Shown: positions 38,822 to 53,013 of the stretch, in pieces
How positions within the stretch are numbered: position 1 is the first letter of the stretch
Layout of the letters: each line of letters begins with the position of its first letter
NCBI RefSeq assembly: GCF_006345805.1
Contig: NC_043005.1
Location: forward strand, 9,858,001-9,922,000
Direction: 5' to 3'
Origin: Octopus sinensis
Lineage: Eukaryota
Length of the DNA stretch: 64,000 bases
Translations under genes and position numbers: made by a program
The notes under the pieces: generated by a model
Database searches by the model: none
The model's input: only the letters and a program-made list of their open reading frames with translations
What the model was told of the DNA's origin: nothing

Positions 38822-39227
38822 GTATGTTTCCAGTGTGTTAATTAAATTATAGGTGTTATTTTGGAAGATAAGAAAATAAAAAAATAAATCCCTTTGATGT
38901 TAAAGCAAAAGAAATCGCTTTTCGCGAAAACTCACTTTGCTAACTCAATTTTAATCTCGAATCCCCTCAGACAAATAAATAAATAGATAAAACAAATAAA
39001 TACAAAAAAATAAATAAATAAGTACGAAAATGAATAAATGAATAAATAAATAAATCCTCGTATTTTTTCAATCAAATTTTCAGCAAAACTAAACGAACAT
39101 TACAAGAAATAAATTCATCATTCTATGAATCCACTCAACATGTTTACTTACCATCTTTCACGTAAAAAAAAGAATAATCGAACACAAATGTAAAAAAAGT
39201 CTCGTTGAAATATGTGGAAATAAATAA

Positions 39228-39266
<39 letters not shown>

Positions 39267-39290
39267 CATGCATGCATACATACATACATG

Positions 39291-39897
39291 CTCTTTCCTC
39301 TTTTACTTGTTTCAGTCATTTGACTGTGGCCCTGTTGGAGCACCGCCTTTAGTCGAGCAAACTTATTTCTTTATTTAAAAGCTTTTGTGGAGAAATTGTG
39401 TCTTTGCCCTGGTAGAAGGGGAAGACTGTGAAATTTGGTTTGATGTTATCTGCATATTTTTCTATATGTTTACTGAAAGGAATTTACCTGTATTGCGGGA
39501 GACGGATTTGCTCTTTATGTAGAGCCATTTTCCGTCTCAAGGTCATACGTGTCTGTCCAATATGCGTCTGTCCAATATTCTTTGTAAGTTTAGTACTTAT
39601 TCTATCGGTTTCTTTTGCCGAACCGTTATATTACGGGGACGTAAACACACCAAGCGATGTTGTCAAGCGATGCTGGGGGGACAAGCACAGACACACAAAC
39701 ATACACACAGACACACACACGCGCACATATATATACGACGGGCTTCTTTCAGTTTCCGTCTACCAAATCCGCTCACAAGGCTTTGGTCGGCCCAAGGCTA
39801 TAGTAGAAGTCACCTGCCCAAGGTGCCACGCAGTGGGACTGAACCCGGAACCATGCGGCTGGTGAGCAAGTCACTTACCACACAGTCACAACTGCGC
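39291..39897 (-). mobile_element. SINE family A split by about 215 bp of unrelated sequence
   Basis: Tail 39291-39365, remainder 39583-39897. Confidence 0.75.
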
Positions 39898-39926
39898 TTA
39901 CACACACACACACAAATATATATATA

Positions 39927-40152
39927 TGTTTCTTTATTACCCACAAGGGGTTAAACATAGAGGGGACAAACGAGGACAGACAAACGGATTAAGTCGATTA
40001 CATCGACCCCAGTGCGTAACTGGTACTTAATTTATCAACCCCGAAAGGATGAAAGGCAAAGTCGACCTCGGCGGAATTCGAACTCAGAACGTAGCAACGG
40101 GCGAAATACCGCGAAGTACTTCGCCCGGCGTGCTGACGTCTCTGCCAGCTCG
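39927..40152 (-). mobile_element. SINE family B
   Basis: Near-consensus copy. Confidence 0.85.
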
Positions 40153-40566
40153 ATATATATATATATATATCTTGTCGTTTGCGAGAAGAGACTCAATAGA
40201 TAGCAGTGTGGTAGCTGCTCTACAAAGCAGTCACTCCGAACGGCAAGTGGTCCTTTTTGTCTCGATCTCTTCGAATAAGTCGGGGCGGGACATCGGCGAC
40301 AACGGCGCGAACGCCGCCGCCGCCGATGTACCAAAATGGCAGTTCCGCCGGCGACGGAAAAATTAACGGAAAAGTTTTTTTTAAACTTTTCTTTTAATTT
40401 TTCCAAATTTAATTGTTTTCCATACTTACAGTTGTAAAAGTCTCAATGACAGAAACCGGTACTGAAATGTTATTTATAAAATTATTTTAGCATTTTCTAT
40501 CTTGACATTTTTTCCATATATATCAACTCGTGTGTTCTTTTTCAACCTTCTACATATATATATATA

Positions 40567-40852
40567 TCACGTGATCACGTGACCGACCGGACCATCAGAT
40601 GTTGTTACACATCGCTGGTCACAATGCCTTTGAATGACGCCAACCCGCTGGCTAAGCGAGCAGGCCAACAGAAGAAAGAGTGAGAGAAAGTATGGTGAAA
40701 GAGTACAGCAGGGATCACCACCCCCTGCCGGAGCTTCGTGGAGCTTTTTAGGAGTTTTCGCTCAATAAACACTCACAACGCCCGGTCTAGGAATCGAAAC
40801 CGCGATCCTACGACCGCGAGTCCGCTGCCCTAACCACTGGGCCATTGCGCCT

Positions 40853-40856
<4 letters not shown>
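40567..40856 (-). mobile_element. SINE family C with tail type 2
   Basis: Tail ATCACGTGATCACGTG as at 15690. Confidence 0.9.
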
Positions 40857-40910
<54 letters not shown>

Positions 40911-41384
40911 GAATGTATATACACACGCATAATACTTTGTTTAAGTAATTCCGTTCTAAGGCATTTGTGTGTGGGTGTGTGGGTGTTAAATTCGGGGTGG
41001 AGGAATGGGGGTCAAAGCAAATAATAGTCAAATTTATTGTAGTATTCGTATTGACTAGGAGACTGAGTTTCGCCTGACACCGTTTTCAACCGGTGTATTT
41101 GCGTTTTTGGTGATAACCCGATAATACTTCCGTGATAAGCGCAGTGTTTATTTTCTTGCAGATGAAGGACTAGTATGTCCCTAATAGAGAATGCTTTTAA
41201 TGGAATCGATACGCTTTTTTTTTTTTTTTTTTTTGTCTGTGGCATCTAGGTAGCGTGTGGATGGATATATGGAGGAGAATGTGGAAGGATAGAATTATAT
41301 ACGTAAATATGGGTGTTGCTGGGCGTTGCGACATGTTGAAGGTATACAGAAGGAAAAACAAACTGAACCCAGGAGCACGTCTTA

Positions 41385-41453
<69 letters not shown>

Positions 41454-41701
41454 CATACATACATGTATGTATATATATATGGGGTAGTATTTATACGCAT
41501 GTGTCAGTGTGATTGTGTATACATGTATCTATAAAGAAGGGTGCGCTTATTTGTATATATATGCATGCATGCATATATATATATATATATATACACAAGT
41601 ATGTCTATTGAGGCATACATATGCAATATACCTGTATCTATGCGAATGTGCGTGTGTGTGTGTATGCATGTATATATGTGTGTGTACGCACAGATGCACA
41701 A

Positions 41702-41747
<46 letters not shown>

Positions 41748-42517
41748 ACATATGTGTGTGTATGCGTGTGTGTGTGTATGAGAGAGAAAGAGAGAGAGAG
41801 AGAGTGAGAGAGAGAGTGCGTGAGAATTTATACAATCCTAGAAAATATTTTTTTGAAGAAAAGAAACAAAATATATCGAAATATTCAGAAAAGCAAATAT
41901 AGAAATACAAATTCTTTTAAAGCAAAGCAAAAAAAAAAAGTAATGGCAGAATATTAAAAAAAAAAAGACAAAATCTAAAAAGCTCAATTCCCATCCATCC
42001 CAGTTTCTTCTCTTGATAAAAGTAGCGAATCAGTTATTTAAAGTTGATCTGAGAAACGGTTAACGGTGTGAGAAGATGCGCCGTGGATATATACTTTCAA
42101 AATCCATTTTATGTTCAATGAAGCAAATGTTTGATTTCCTAAATGTCACTTTCGATATCCAAAGATATGCTTTAAAACCTATGCTATGGCTGAAAGCAAC
42201 CTTGAATTTCAATGTTTTTTATTGCCGAATTATTATTATTATTATTTCTTTGAATTTTATATTCATTTCAAAATCAATATAGATGACATGGTGAGATTTT
42301 TGAATGTAGTCAAATGTATTTTCGTTTTTTTTTGTGATAGGTGTTTCGAAGGTCGACATAAGTGATTTTTAACATCATGAAATTGCTTAGCTTATATTTT
42401 TTATGTGCCTCGAGTCCCCTGAAACGTCATTGCGGTCGAATATAATATTAAAAAAATCATTCCCTAGATTTTTCAATGCATCCCGCCACCAGCTGTGTGT
42501 ATGTATGTACGCACGTA

Positions 42518-42935
42518 TCTATTTCTTTACTATCCACAAAGGGGCTAAACACAGAGAGGACAAACAAGGACAGACAAACGGATTAAGTCGATTATATCGA
42601 TCCCCAGTGTGTAACTGGTACTTAATTTATCGATTCCGAAAGGATGAAAAGCAAAATCGACCTCGGCGGAATTTGAACTCAGAACGTGGCGGCAAACGAA
42701 ATACCTATTTCTTTATTTCCCACAAGGGGCTAAACACAGAGAGGACAAACAAGGACAGACAAACGGATTAAGTCGATTATATCGACCCCCAGTGCGTAAC
42801 TAGTACTTAATTTATCGACCCTGAATGGATGAAAGGCAAAGTCGACCTCGGCGGAATCTGATCTCAGAACGTAACGGCAGACGAAATAGCGCTAAGCATT
42901 TCGCCCAGCGTGCTAACGATTCTGCCAGCTCGCCG
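42518..42935 (-). mobile_element. SINE family B dimer
   Basis: Fixed junction at about 42704. Confidence 0.9.
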
Positions 42936-42996
42936 TATGTATGCACGTATGTATGTACAATCATATGCACGCACACACACACACACACACACACAC

Positions 42997-43048
<52 letters not shown>

Positions 43049-44659
43049 ATCTTTTCTACTAAAGGTACAAGGTCTGACATTTTGGGGGCAGACGATGACA
43101 TGGACCTCAGTACTCAGTTGGTACAAATTTTATCGACCCGTTGGGATCGATAAAAAGAACCAGTCCAAAGCGATCGGTGGATGAACTATAAAAGCCATGT
43201 ATCAGGTGCTTTGCTGTACCTTTTCCGGCCGTTTGCGCCCTTACTTCCAACCCCGCTACGACCTACTTGGTAGCAAGTGTATCTCAGCCTGCTTAGCACC
43301 TTCTCGTGCTACTTCCGGTGCCTGTAGGAAAGCCCACTCTCTTGCAAGCAAGCAAGCAAGCCAATCTTCTGGTTTGAGGATACATTCCTTCCTCTAGTTT
43401 CACAGAATCTATAACGAGTCGTACAAATGCCCTCACTCCTGGCTAAAAGATTAAAAAATATGTGAAAGCACACGTTTATTTATTAGCATACATTTAAGCT
43501 CACCGTGTAGAAAGACCTCGTTCTTTGCTTCTTTCTGCAGAGAATGAAACGGAAAGTGATAGAGAATGAGAGAAAGAGGAGAAGAATGGAGAAAAAGTGT
43601 ACATATACACATCGAGAGTGAGTCTGTTTTCATTTAATGTACTTAGGCATGTAAACATCTTTACAATTTATCCATATATGCTGTCTGGATTTTAGGTTTT
43701 TATGAATCTGTATGCGTGCGTATATATGTATGTGTGAGTGAATTTCTATATTTCTTTGACAATCAATGTCACTCTCTATCTCTATCTTTCCAAATATCTG
43801 TCTATTAATCGATCTACTTTCCTTTCTTATATTTCTTTACCTTCTTTCTTTCTTTTACTCTTTCCAGAGATTAACTCATCTTCCCTCTTTTATTAACTTA
43901 ACACACTCATTCTATCTTTGTCTCTCTGTTTCGCTCTCTCTTTCTCTTTCTTTCTCTCTCTCTCTCTTGTGCGCACACTCACCATTAGTACCATCATCAT
44001 TCCAGCATTGCTAACTGTAACATAATGCAGTTTGTGATAGAAAAGAATATGCACTTGTAGCCTTCACCTGGACTACATCTATATTTTCCCGCTAAGTACG
44101 ACACAGGGTGAAGCTACGTCTGTCTCCAGTTCACTATGAACACATTGATGCAAAAGTGGTAAAAGCGGTTGGAATATAGCATGACCTATTGGAATTAGCA
44201 TGACCTTCAAGAATTAAAGAATTTCTCGTTTTTTCAGTTGTTAGAATTTAAGTCCATAAGTGTCGGCAGTACCAATGAATATTGTCAAACATGGAGCCTC
44301 TATGTCAGAAAGGATCTGAAATCGTATTTCAAAATGGCCACTGATGAAATCTCTAAAAATCCCATATGAATATTATGAAATAGCTAAAACTGTAATGCGA
44401 AAATAGTAATTTAATATAAATTATCTCTGGATAGTTTATATTAAATTATAACGATCATAATTTTTAACCCGTACAAATGCTGATATATGTTCAAATGCGT
44501 TTTACTGTTCGCCCACACCTGTACATGACTACTCAGTCTGCTAGAAAAGCTGAAACCAAATATGGCTAAAATCACATCCTACTGTTGAAAAGTACAAGGT
44601 TATATCACGGGTACAATATAGCTAGGAATAAAAATGTGGGGTGGTCATGATTAGCAACT

Positions 44660-44940
44660 CTTCTTGTTGTTTGTTCCTTCTCGAGCCATGCCTGGCTCAT
44701 AAGGGCCGGTTTCCCGGTTTCCTTGGCGTATAGGTTCCCCACCTGGACGGGACGCCGGTCCATCGCAGGTGGGCTGCAGGATGCAGGAGGAAAGAATGAG
44801 AGAAAGTTGTGGCGGAAGTGTCAGCAGAAGTTTCGCCATTACCTTCTGCCGGAGCCGCGTGGAGCTTAGGTGTTTCGCTCATAAACATACACATCGTCCG
44901 GTCTGAGATTCGAACTCGCGATTCTTCGACCGCGAGTCTT
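44660..44940 (-). mobile_element. SINE family C with tail type 1, head truncated
   Basis: Matches 11478-11785. Confidence 0.85.
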
Positions 44941-45734
44941 CCGACACAAGTTAAGGACGACTTTGGAATAAAACCAAAAAGAAAAAAACTACGTTTTACA
45001 GTTAAGCAGACATACTGGACTATTTGACTGCTGCAAGTTTCGTGAACTAGAGAAGACACACCGCAGGCAATAAAATAATGAATCAATCAAATATTGGAGT
45101 GGTTTACATCAACTGTACCCCTATTGTGTACCTTTTATCAGAGTCATGAATCCTTATTAAGTTTTATTATTAATTACGTCTAAGTTCGAATCTCACTGAG
45201 ATCGATTATATCATTTACATTCTGGGACTCATTAAAATTAATGTAATTCGAGTACTGGATTCAATTAAGCAGAAATACTCTTTTCTTGTATCGAAAGTTT
45301 GGTCTTTGCTAAAGTCAGAGATATTGATAATTGATTTTGTTATCAGTTATACTGTTGAACAAAGTTTGCTTCAAGCTCTGCTTCACTTGTTAAATGATTT
45401 GTTTTCTGAAACCAAAATTAGATTTATTCTGCTTACATTCTTGTTATTATATCAGGAAAGGAAGGGAGGGCTTAATTGTTATATCGTTACCATTTAGTCG
45501 AAGAGATAATTTTAAATGTCATTCGTTTCTTGTTTATGGGTAGAAAAATTAATCCGAACATGGCTACCGTGCTGATGATGAGAAAAGATTCCCGCATAAC
45601 CTAAGACAATTTTCTCCATCTGACGAACAGAAAACTTAGATAAATATTTCCAGTATTGTAAACAGTTGTAGTAATTACAATAAAACAAAATACGTTATAT
45701 TTAGCTTTCACAAAAGCACGGAAGCGGGATCGAG

Positions 45735-46805
45735 TGGGGAGACCGGGTCAAGTTGTTACACGGGTAAGTTGTTACAAGCCCATTGTTTCCAGCTTCAAGA
45801 AATAGGTGGCATTCGGGTCTCTACCTCGCGAAGGCCAACTCCATAGCTTCATGACTGCGCATGTGTATTGCTCTGGCGGGCTGTCACCGGAAAAGGTATG
45901 GCTAAAAAAACGATTTTTTAGTCCCAAAGTGAAATTATGCCACAAAGTTATTTCCTTAATTACTAAAACATAAGTAGTGTTACTGAAGTAGTTTGTGGCT
46001 CATTAGGAAATGTTGGAAGTTGCCTTCAATACATGAAGATGTGTCCTGGATGCCATGCATTGTTAGTGCTATGTAAGAGGTAATCCCCAGAAATCCATGG
46101 TCAGGGCTAGTTGTTACAGTGTATCAACTTACCCTTCTATTTCAGTTTAACATACTCTGCCTAGAAATTACACAAGGAAGACTACAAGGGGGATACTCAC
46201 CCCGATGTTATAGAAAGAGCCACCAGAAAAGTTGTGGATGAAAAGAAATCATTATGGGATGTTGCCGTAAAGCAGCGTATAGTTGATGAAATAGACGAAC
46301 GGAAATCCAAACCAAAGAAGGCAATTGGTACAGAAAAGGCAATAAAGGGGAGGGGAAAGTCAACTAAAACAGGTAAAGGCAAAGGAAGGCAACCTCGCAG
46401 CAAGCAAGACGCCGATTGGAAATACCTTGTCTGCTCAGATTGATATTCCAACCCCCTTACAGGTGAAGAATGGGTGCAATGCATGATCTGTAAAGACTGG
46501 GCACATACTGACTGTACCGATGGACGACAGGACTTTCTGTGTGATCTGTGTGGTGTGAAGTTAATGGAGGACGATTCCGACTAGATGGCACATGTAACAA
46601 TGAGGAAATTGGCTGATGAGAACTCCCAGTATCACGGTTAGGATATGAGGTGGTTCAAAGCAAAGTTAATTAATTAAAATAATACTTCCTAGATGCAAGA
46701 AACAGGAGACGTATTCATTTTAAACTTGTTTATTAACATAATTCCGAGTTACCGTCAGTTGTAACAAATTACCTCAGTAAGTGTCACCACGTGCCCCGCA
46801 CTCGG
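45735..46805 (+). mobile_element. Pogo-like (DDE_1 family) transposon, internally deleted derivative
   Basis: Imperfect bipartite TIRs (GAGACCGGGTCAAGTTGTTACA-like); remnants of N-terminal xPRNYTRKTTRG..YSPDVIERA and of a C-terminal PHD finger. Confidence 0.7.
46158..46584 (+). pseudogene. Deleted transposase: psq-HTH-like start fused to a C-terminal PHD finger
   Basis: YLVCSD*YSNPLTGEEWVQCMICKDWAHTDCT..FLCDLC fits C4HC3 with the first Cys mutated; one frameshift, one TGA. Confidence 0.7.
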
Positions 46806-47381
46806 GGAAAATTGTTACAGCTGACACCAGCTCATTAATTAGAACCTGTCTAATTAATGTTAATTTCTGTCTTTTGCTGGTGATAACAATAGAGATGTTT
46901 TGCTAATTAAATCTGAAAAGACACTTCAGCTGTGTTCATTTATGTGGAAGCCAAGGCAAAAAAAAAATGTAACAACTAGACCCGGCGTCCTCTATCATAG
47001 ATTGAAATGGCCTCTGTAGGTTTCTGGAACGGATGGAGTTTATCCTGCAACGGAGAGAAATCCCATTCAGTAGAGAACCTTGCACTCTCCGTCCCTTAAG
47101 CGGCATGGATAGTAGGATGAGACTAACTTTATAGGCATTAAGACCTATGGGCCTCAACGCCAGAATATTGAAAAAGCAAAGTGGACTTTGAACTCAGAAT
47201 TTAAAAAGCGTAATTAAATTATGTAAGGTATTTAACCTGATCTACAACTGATTATGCCATTTACTGCCCTCATTTCCATCCCTAATAATTATTTTCAATT
47301 TAGGTACAAGACCTGCAATTTTGTGAGGGAGAAGCAAAGCAGCTCTAACTATATATACGTATGTACACTTGTATGTATATA

Positions 47382-47415
<34 letters not shown>

Positions 47416-47418
<3 letters not shown>

Positions 47419-47670
47419 TCTCTTTTACTCTTTTACTCGTTTCAGTCATTTGACTGCGGCCATGCTGGAGCACCGCCTTATAGTCGAGCAAATCGACCCC
47501 GGGATTTATTCTTTGGAAGCAAGTTCTTATTCTATCGGTCTCTTTTGCCGAACTGCTAAGTTACGGGGACGTAAGCACACCACCATAGGTTGTCAAGTGA
47601 TGTTGAGGGGGGACAAACGCAGACACATAAACATATTCACACACACACACATATATATATTTATATATAT

Positions 47671-47731
<61 letters not shown>

Positions 47732-47920
47732 ACGTATGTATATATATATATATATACGTCGGGCTTCTTTCAGTTACCGTCAACCAAATCTACTCACAAG
47801 GCTTTGGTCGGCCTGAGGCTATAGTAGAAGACACTTGCCCAAGGTGCCACGCAGTGGGAACGAATCCGGAACGATATGGTTGGTAAGCAAACTACTTACC
47901 ACACAGCCACTCCTGCGCCT
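47416..47920 (-). mobile_element. SINE family A, full length
   Basis: Head, long (TA)n, tail. Confidence 0.9.
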
Positions 47921-49659
47921 ATGTATATGTATGTATAACTTATTGTTGCATTTGAATATGTTAGTCAATGTTTAAGTGGAAATTTCCGAAAAACTTGGCA
48001 TTTCCGCCAAAGGAAGCCATCAGTAAGCACGCACTTTACAAATAGAATCTATAAGCAGAATTATATAACTATGCAAAACCTTTCTGGAGTTGAACATAAA
48101 ATACTTAACTATTTTGGTCCCCAGTGTCCAGAGACAATCCGTTGTTTCTTTGTTAGAAAGTAGGTCCTTTACCATAAGAGTAATTCAAATAATTAAAATA
48201 AAGTGCGACATATGTAAATAAATTTAGTCATACACTAGAACCGGAAGGTATATTGTACCACTGAGATACATACTCTAAGGTATCCTTGTACATTTCAAGA
48301 GCTGGATGTGACTTTAGCTATATTTGGTTTTCATTTTTATAGCAGACCAAGTAGTCGTGTACAGGTGTTGGCAAACAGTAGGCGCATTTGAACGCATGTC
48401 AGCATTTGTACAGGTTAAAAGTATGATCTTTATAATGCCTTTAAAATAATTAATACAGGTGTAAAATTCCTATAAAAACAACAATGTGGCACAACACATA
48501 ATAGGCCTGATATATTACTAAGGGCCATGGAATAAAATAATGCACTGACGTAGCAGATGCGAACGATTGGTCTAAAATTGAGGGAGAATAGAATAGCTAT
48601 AATAAAATACAGGCGGAATTCACAGCTCATATTCCTTACTAGAGATTCTTGTTTATAGGAATTATTATAGCTGCATTAAGGCATATGACACAAAATTTAT
48701 ATAAAAGCTTGGAAATGCTAGGGTTTTCTAAAATGAAAAGAAGAAAACAAAATATATTTGCATCATCCTGATCTATTCAGCAAGTGGTGCAGCAAAAATT
48801 TGTTAAGCTTTTCAAGATTCTGCATTTGAGTCACCCAAGGTGAAGATATGCACACGATCCAAATCAAGTACATGACACACACATTTATATAAAGCGTGAT
48901 TACACGCGCTTATATAGAACGTGACGAATTGCTTGAATCCATTTATACCCACAGATGCATCTACAATTATACTCTCATTAACTCAATTACACATTCGCGA
49001 ACCTCTGGAACTGTCCTGACTAAAAAAAAAAGAAAGAAAAAAAGAAATGCCTTGTCATTTTGTTTGTGACCAACGTAAATCGTGTGAAGTACTTAAATAT
49101 ATCAAAGAATTACATGCATATACACCCGTTCATGCGTACATCATGCACACATATATGTATGTATATAACACTGAATTCAATTTGCGAACGATCGTTGAAG
49201 AGCTGTTAGCGTTGTGGTTTTGTTTTAAGAATAACTGCAATTAACATAACAAATTTTAGTTAAAGCTTGCTCATTTATAATTTACATCCTAATAACCTTG
49301 GAGCTAATGAAATTTTCTGCGTTACTTTCGGTAATTAGAACTGTATATCTATCTCTAGCGATTAGCCTTACTTCGTGTGCTTTCTCTGTAGTTTAATTTC
49401 ACAATCTTTGAGATTTTCTTCTGGATTTTTGTTTTTTCAATATATTTTTCTTTTTTGTTTTTTCCTTTGTTTCTGTTAAATCTTTCTGCTTTACGCTAAA
49501 GCAACGCCTGCCAGTGTAGCTGAGAAAAAATATCTAAGCATCTATCTTGTTCAACTTTGCGAACATGAAAATGTAATGATCATTAGGATAATTTGAAAAG
49601 AAACATGAAACAGAAAGTGACACTCACATCCCTCCGAGAAACTGGAAAATTGAACAACA

Positions 49660-49684
49660 GCAAAATAATAATAATAATAATAAC

Positions 49685-49746
<62 letters not shown>

Positions 49747-49870
49747 TAACAATAATAATAATAATAATAATGATAACAATAATAATAATAATAACAACAA
49801 CAATAATAATAATAATTAATAATAATAATAATAACAATAACAATAACAATAATAATAATATAACAATAAC

Positions 49871-49905
<35 letters not shown>

Positions 49906-49964
49906 TAATAATAATAATAATATAATAATAATAATAATAATAATAATAAACAATAACAATAATA

Positions 49965-50003
<39 letters not shown>

Positions 50004-50013
50004 TAACAATTAC

Positions 50014-50058
<45 letters not shown>
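49660..50058. repeat. (TAA)n microsatellite, about 400 bp
   Basis: Seen directly. Confidence 0.95.
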
Positions 50059-50059
<1 letters not shown>

Positions 50060-50740
50060 GACAGAGACCAGTTCATTGAGTAGGAGTACATGAATCCTGA
50101 AGACGATAAGAAGGAACAAACCAAGCTAAAAATCTGTCATGGAATTACTGACTGAAGCTTACAGTCATGCGATGAAGAAGTTTTAACATAAAAGACATAA
50201 AAAATATCATTTGAAAAACTGATGTAGATTATGCAAAACCCAAACTAATGAACTTATATTTATTGGGACTGCTGGATCAAAAGAATATTGGTGGGATTTA
50301 AAAATCAAAAGAAAACAGTATCCAAATTAAAACATTGTCAATTTAATGCTGCTGTTTACGAAATAAACATACTCTTTTGTGGAAGATGGTGGCTCGATTG
50401 AAATCAACGTGATACGTATACTCCACGAAGAAGACTATCAGTGCGCTTGTATCTATGAATTTAGTATTCTAACTAAACTCTCATCATTATACACATCATT
50501 TGTGAAGTGACATGGTACCTACCAGCTCCACTTGGATTAAAATATAGCTCGACGTTTTCTTTTCTTAGAGAGCGCAAAGTCTATGTGTGTGTATATGTCA
50601 CAGATAGCGGGCGTGTGTTTGTGTTGATTAACATGCCATGACATTCATTATATGTACGTGTATTCTTTATGTGTGCATGTGTGTTAACGTCAAGAAATAA
50701 CAAACAAAAATTGTGCTTACTCGTTCTCATTAATAAACAG

Positions 50741-50781
50741 AGGTCCAAAAGTCACAGAAAATTTGTACTACAATGCCGAAG
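50741..50781 (+). other. Candidate 41-nt exon
   Basis: CAG| acceptor and consensus AAG|GTAAGT donor; all frames open. Confidence 0.25.
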
Positions 50782-51907
50782 GTAAGTATGACAATAAATA
50801 TGCAAAAACAAATTACGATAAAATATACTATATCTGATATATTTCGGATACAGACAACCACAACTAGTTTTAGTATTATTAAGTTACATACACACACACG
50901 TATATATACACACATATATATATATACGCAAACATATACACACACACACACACATATATACATATATATATACACTGTATATATATATATACATACATAC
51001 ATATATAATATATATATATATATATATATAACATACATACATGCATGCATACGTCTAATACGTGAAGAGTAACGAGCCATCAAAGGAGACTCCACGCTAG
51101 AAATAACAGCCAAATCTTCCTTAAAGTACACTCTACTGTCTTGGAAAAAGAATGTCACGTTGCACAGTGTATCCCTAGATTTAGAAAATATGGCATAGTC
51201 GTAGCTCGAACACCTTTGATCAAAGATTTGCGCGATCAGATTTAACTTAGAGTTAAACAAGAGCAATGACTATGTTTTTGCTATTGTTTATTCTTATGTG
51301 ACCGACATATTTATATGTCTTTGAAAATAACGACAAGTAATTACGCATTTAAAATACCAATCGATGTTTTTCTAGTCTGAGATACATTTCCTTGGAGCCA
51401 ACTAAACAATCGTTTGCATATATTTCAAATTTAAACTTTAACTACAACTAAAAGTATTCTGTCAGCTTCAATTGAGGTTTTCGCCTTATTACAATGCTTC
51501 AGCTGTGTGGTATCTAAAAGCAGAAAATTTTGTATTTGTTTCCTCCTGGAAACTTTATAAATGCACGGTTCGTTACTGAGTGTAGTCTTTTTCTTTTGAT
51601 ATTTTGTTAGTTTTCTTTTTAAATATTGAGCTTGCAAATCTCCTCTCTCAACACTGATGTTTACTCAAGGGAAAACCGCCGACTTTAGACGATGCATAAT
51701 GACAGCCTCATAGCCATGTATTCAGAAGAATTTTGTGGGGTTTGAATAATTCACCTCTGGAAACATAGGTGTTTCGTTCATCAACTTTAAATAAAGCTTA
51801 TTCAAGAACCTTTTGAACGAGATGGGCTACTTAACCTGTGGAAAATTTTAACTAGACCCCCATCGGCAAGGTCATGCGCTGTTTATCTTGATATTAGATT
51901 GCCAGTT

Positions 51908-52290
51908 GAGGCGCAATGGCCCAGTGGTTAGGGCAGCGGACTCGCGGTCATAGGATCGCGGTTTCGATTCCCAGACCGGGCGTTGTCAGTGTTTATTGAG
52001 CGAAAACACCTAAAGCTCCACGAGGCTCCGGCAGGGGGTGGTGGCAATCCCTGCTGTACTCTTTCACCACAACTTTCTCTCACTCTTACTTCCTGTTTCT
52101 GTTGTACCTGTATTTCAAAGGGCCAGCCTTGTCACTCTCTGTGTCACGCTGAATATCCCCGAGAACTACGTTAAGGGTACACGTGTCTGTGGAGTGCTCA
52201 GCCACTTACACGTTAATTTCACGAGCAGGCTGTTCCGTTGATTCGGATCAACCGGAACCCTCGTCGTCGTAACCGACGGAGTGATTCCCA
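51908..52290 (+). mobile_element. SINE family C with tail type 3 (RTE-like), full length
   Basis: GAGGCGCAATGGCCCAGTGG head; tail ...GGAACCCTCGTCGTCGTAACCGACGGAGTG. Confidence 0.9.
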
Positions 52291-52614
52291 CATTAGATCG
52301 CCAAGTCCCGCACTTATGGTTGTGATGCATGAGCCTGATGTACTCTTTATTCATTATTCATTATTCATTATATTGGCCACAAAGGCCTTACAGAGAAAAA
52401 GAAGCTGCGGGCTGGACATAGACATAATGTTATATCAAATGAAAAATGAAAATGATGATTAAGGAGGGCAACAATCGACGCCCGTCAATCGCTGTTTACC
52501 CGAGAACATTGATCTTTTATAATTCATTCACGAGGCAACAAACCTCATACAGTGTTCACAATGTTCAATAACAAAAACGAAATGAGGTACTAAGCCTCTT
52601 ACCTTTATTTTTAA

Positions 52615-53013
52615 CTAGCAGTATCGCCCGGCGTTGCTCGGGTTTGTAAGGGAAATGACTATATAAGCACTTTTAGAGATGTAAAGTATAATAGCCATCT
52701 CAATATGGCTAACCACAAAGGGGGGGGGTGTTACTGTAGCTTTTTACGTTGTGGGATTTAATAATAAATTTTTAGAGAGTTACTTCCCTTTATATATGCC
52801 AAAAATGCATTAAAAATGGGAAAAATTGATGGTAAATTATTTAAAAAATCGTAGACTCATCGTAGACGCGCGCTAATACCCAGAAGAGCTCGATATGAAT
52901 CACGACTATAAGATACCCGGTTTTGGTTAAACTGCACCGCAAAATGTGGGAGTAGTTAGGAATCTAAATCGTAGGAGACAGACAGCACACAACCTCTCTT
53001 TTATATATAAAGA
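52615..53013 (-). mobile_element. Non-autonomous Helitron, copy 2, complete
   Basis: A|TC at 53013, subterminal CCCG..CGGG hairpin, CTAG|T at 52615; no TSD. Confidence 0.85.

Noticed and set aside
40430-40461. 32-nt minus-strand exon candidate (CAG|..|GTAAGT)
   Set aside because: Stop in the phase needed to follow 57635-57530; no other support
49551-50124. Poly-Ile/Tyr/Asn/Leu ORFs
   Set aside because: (TAA)n microsatellite
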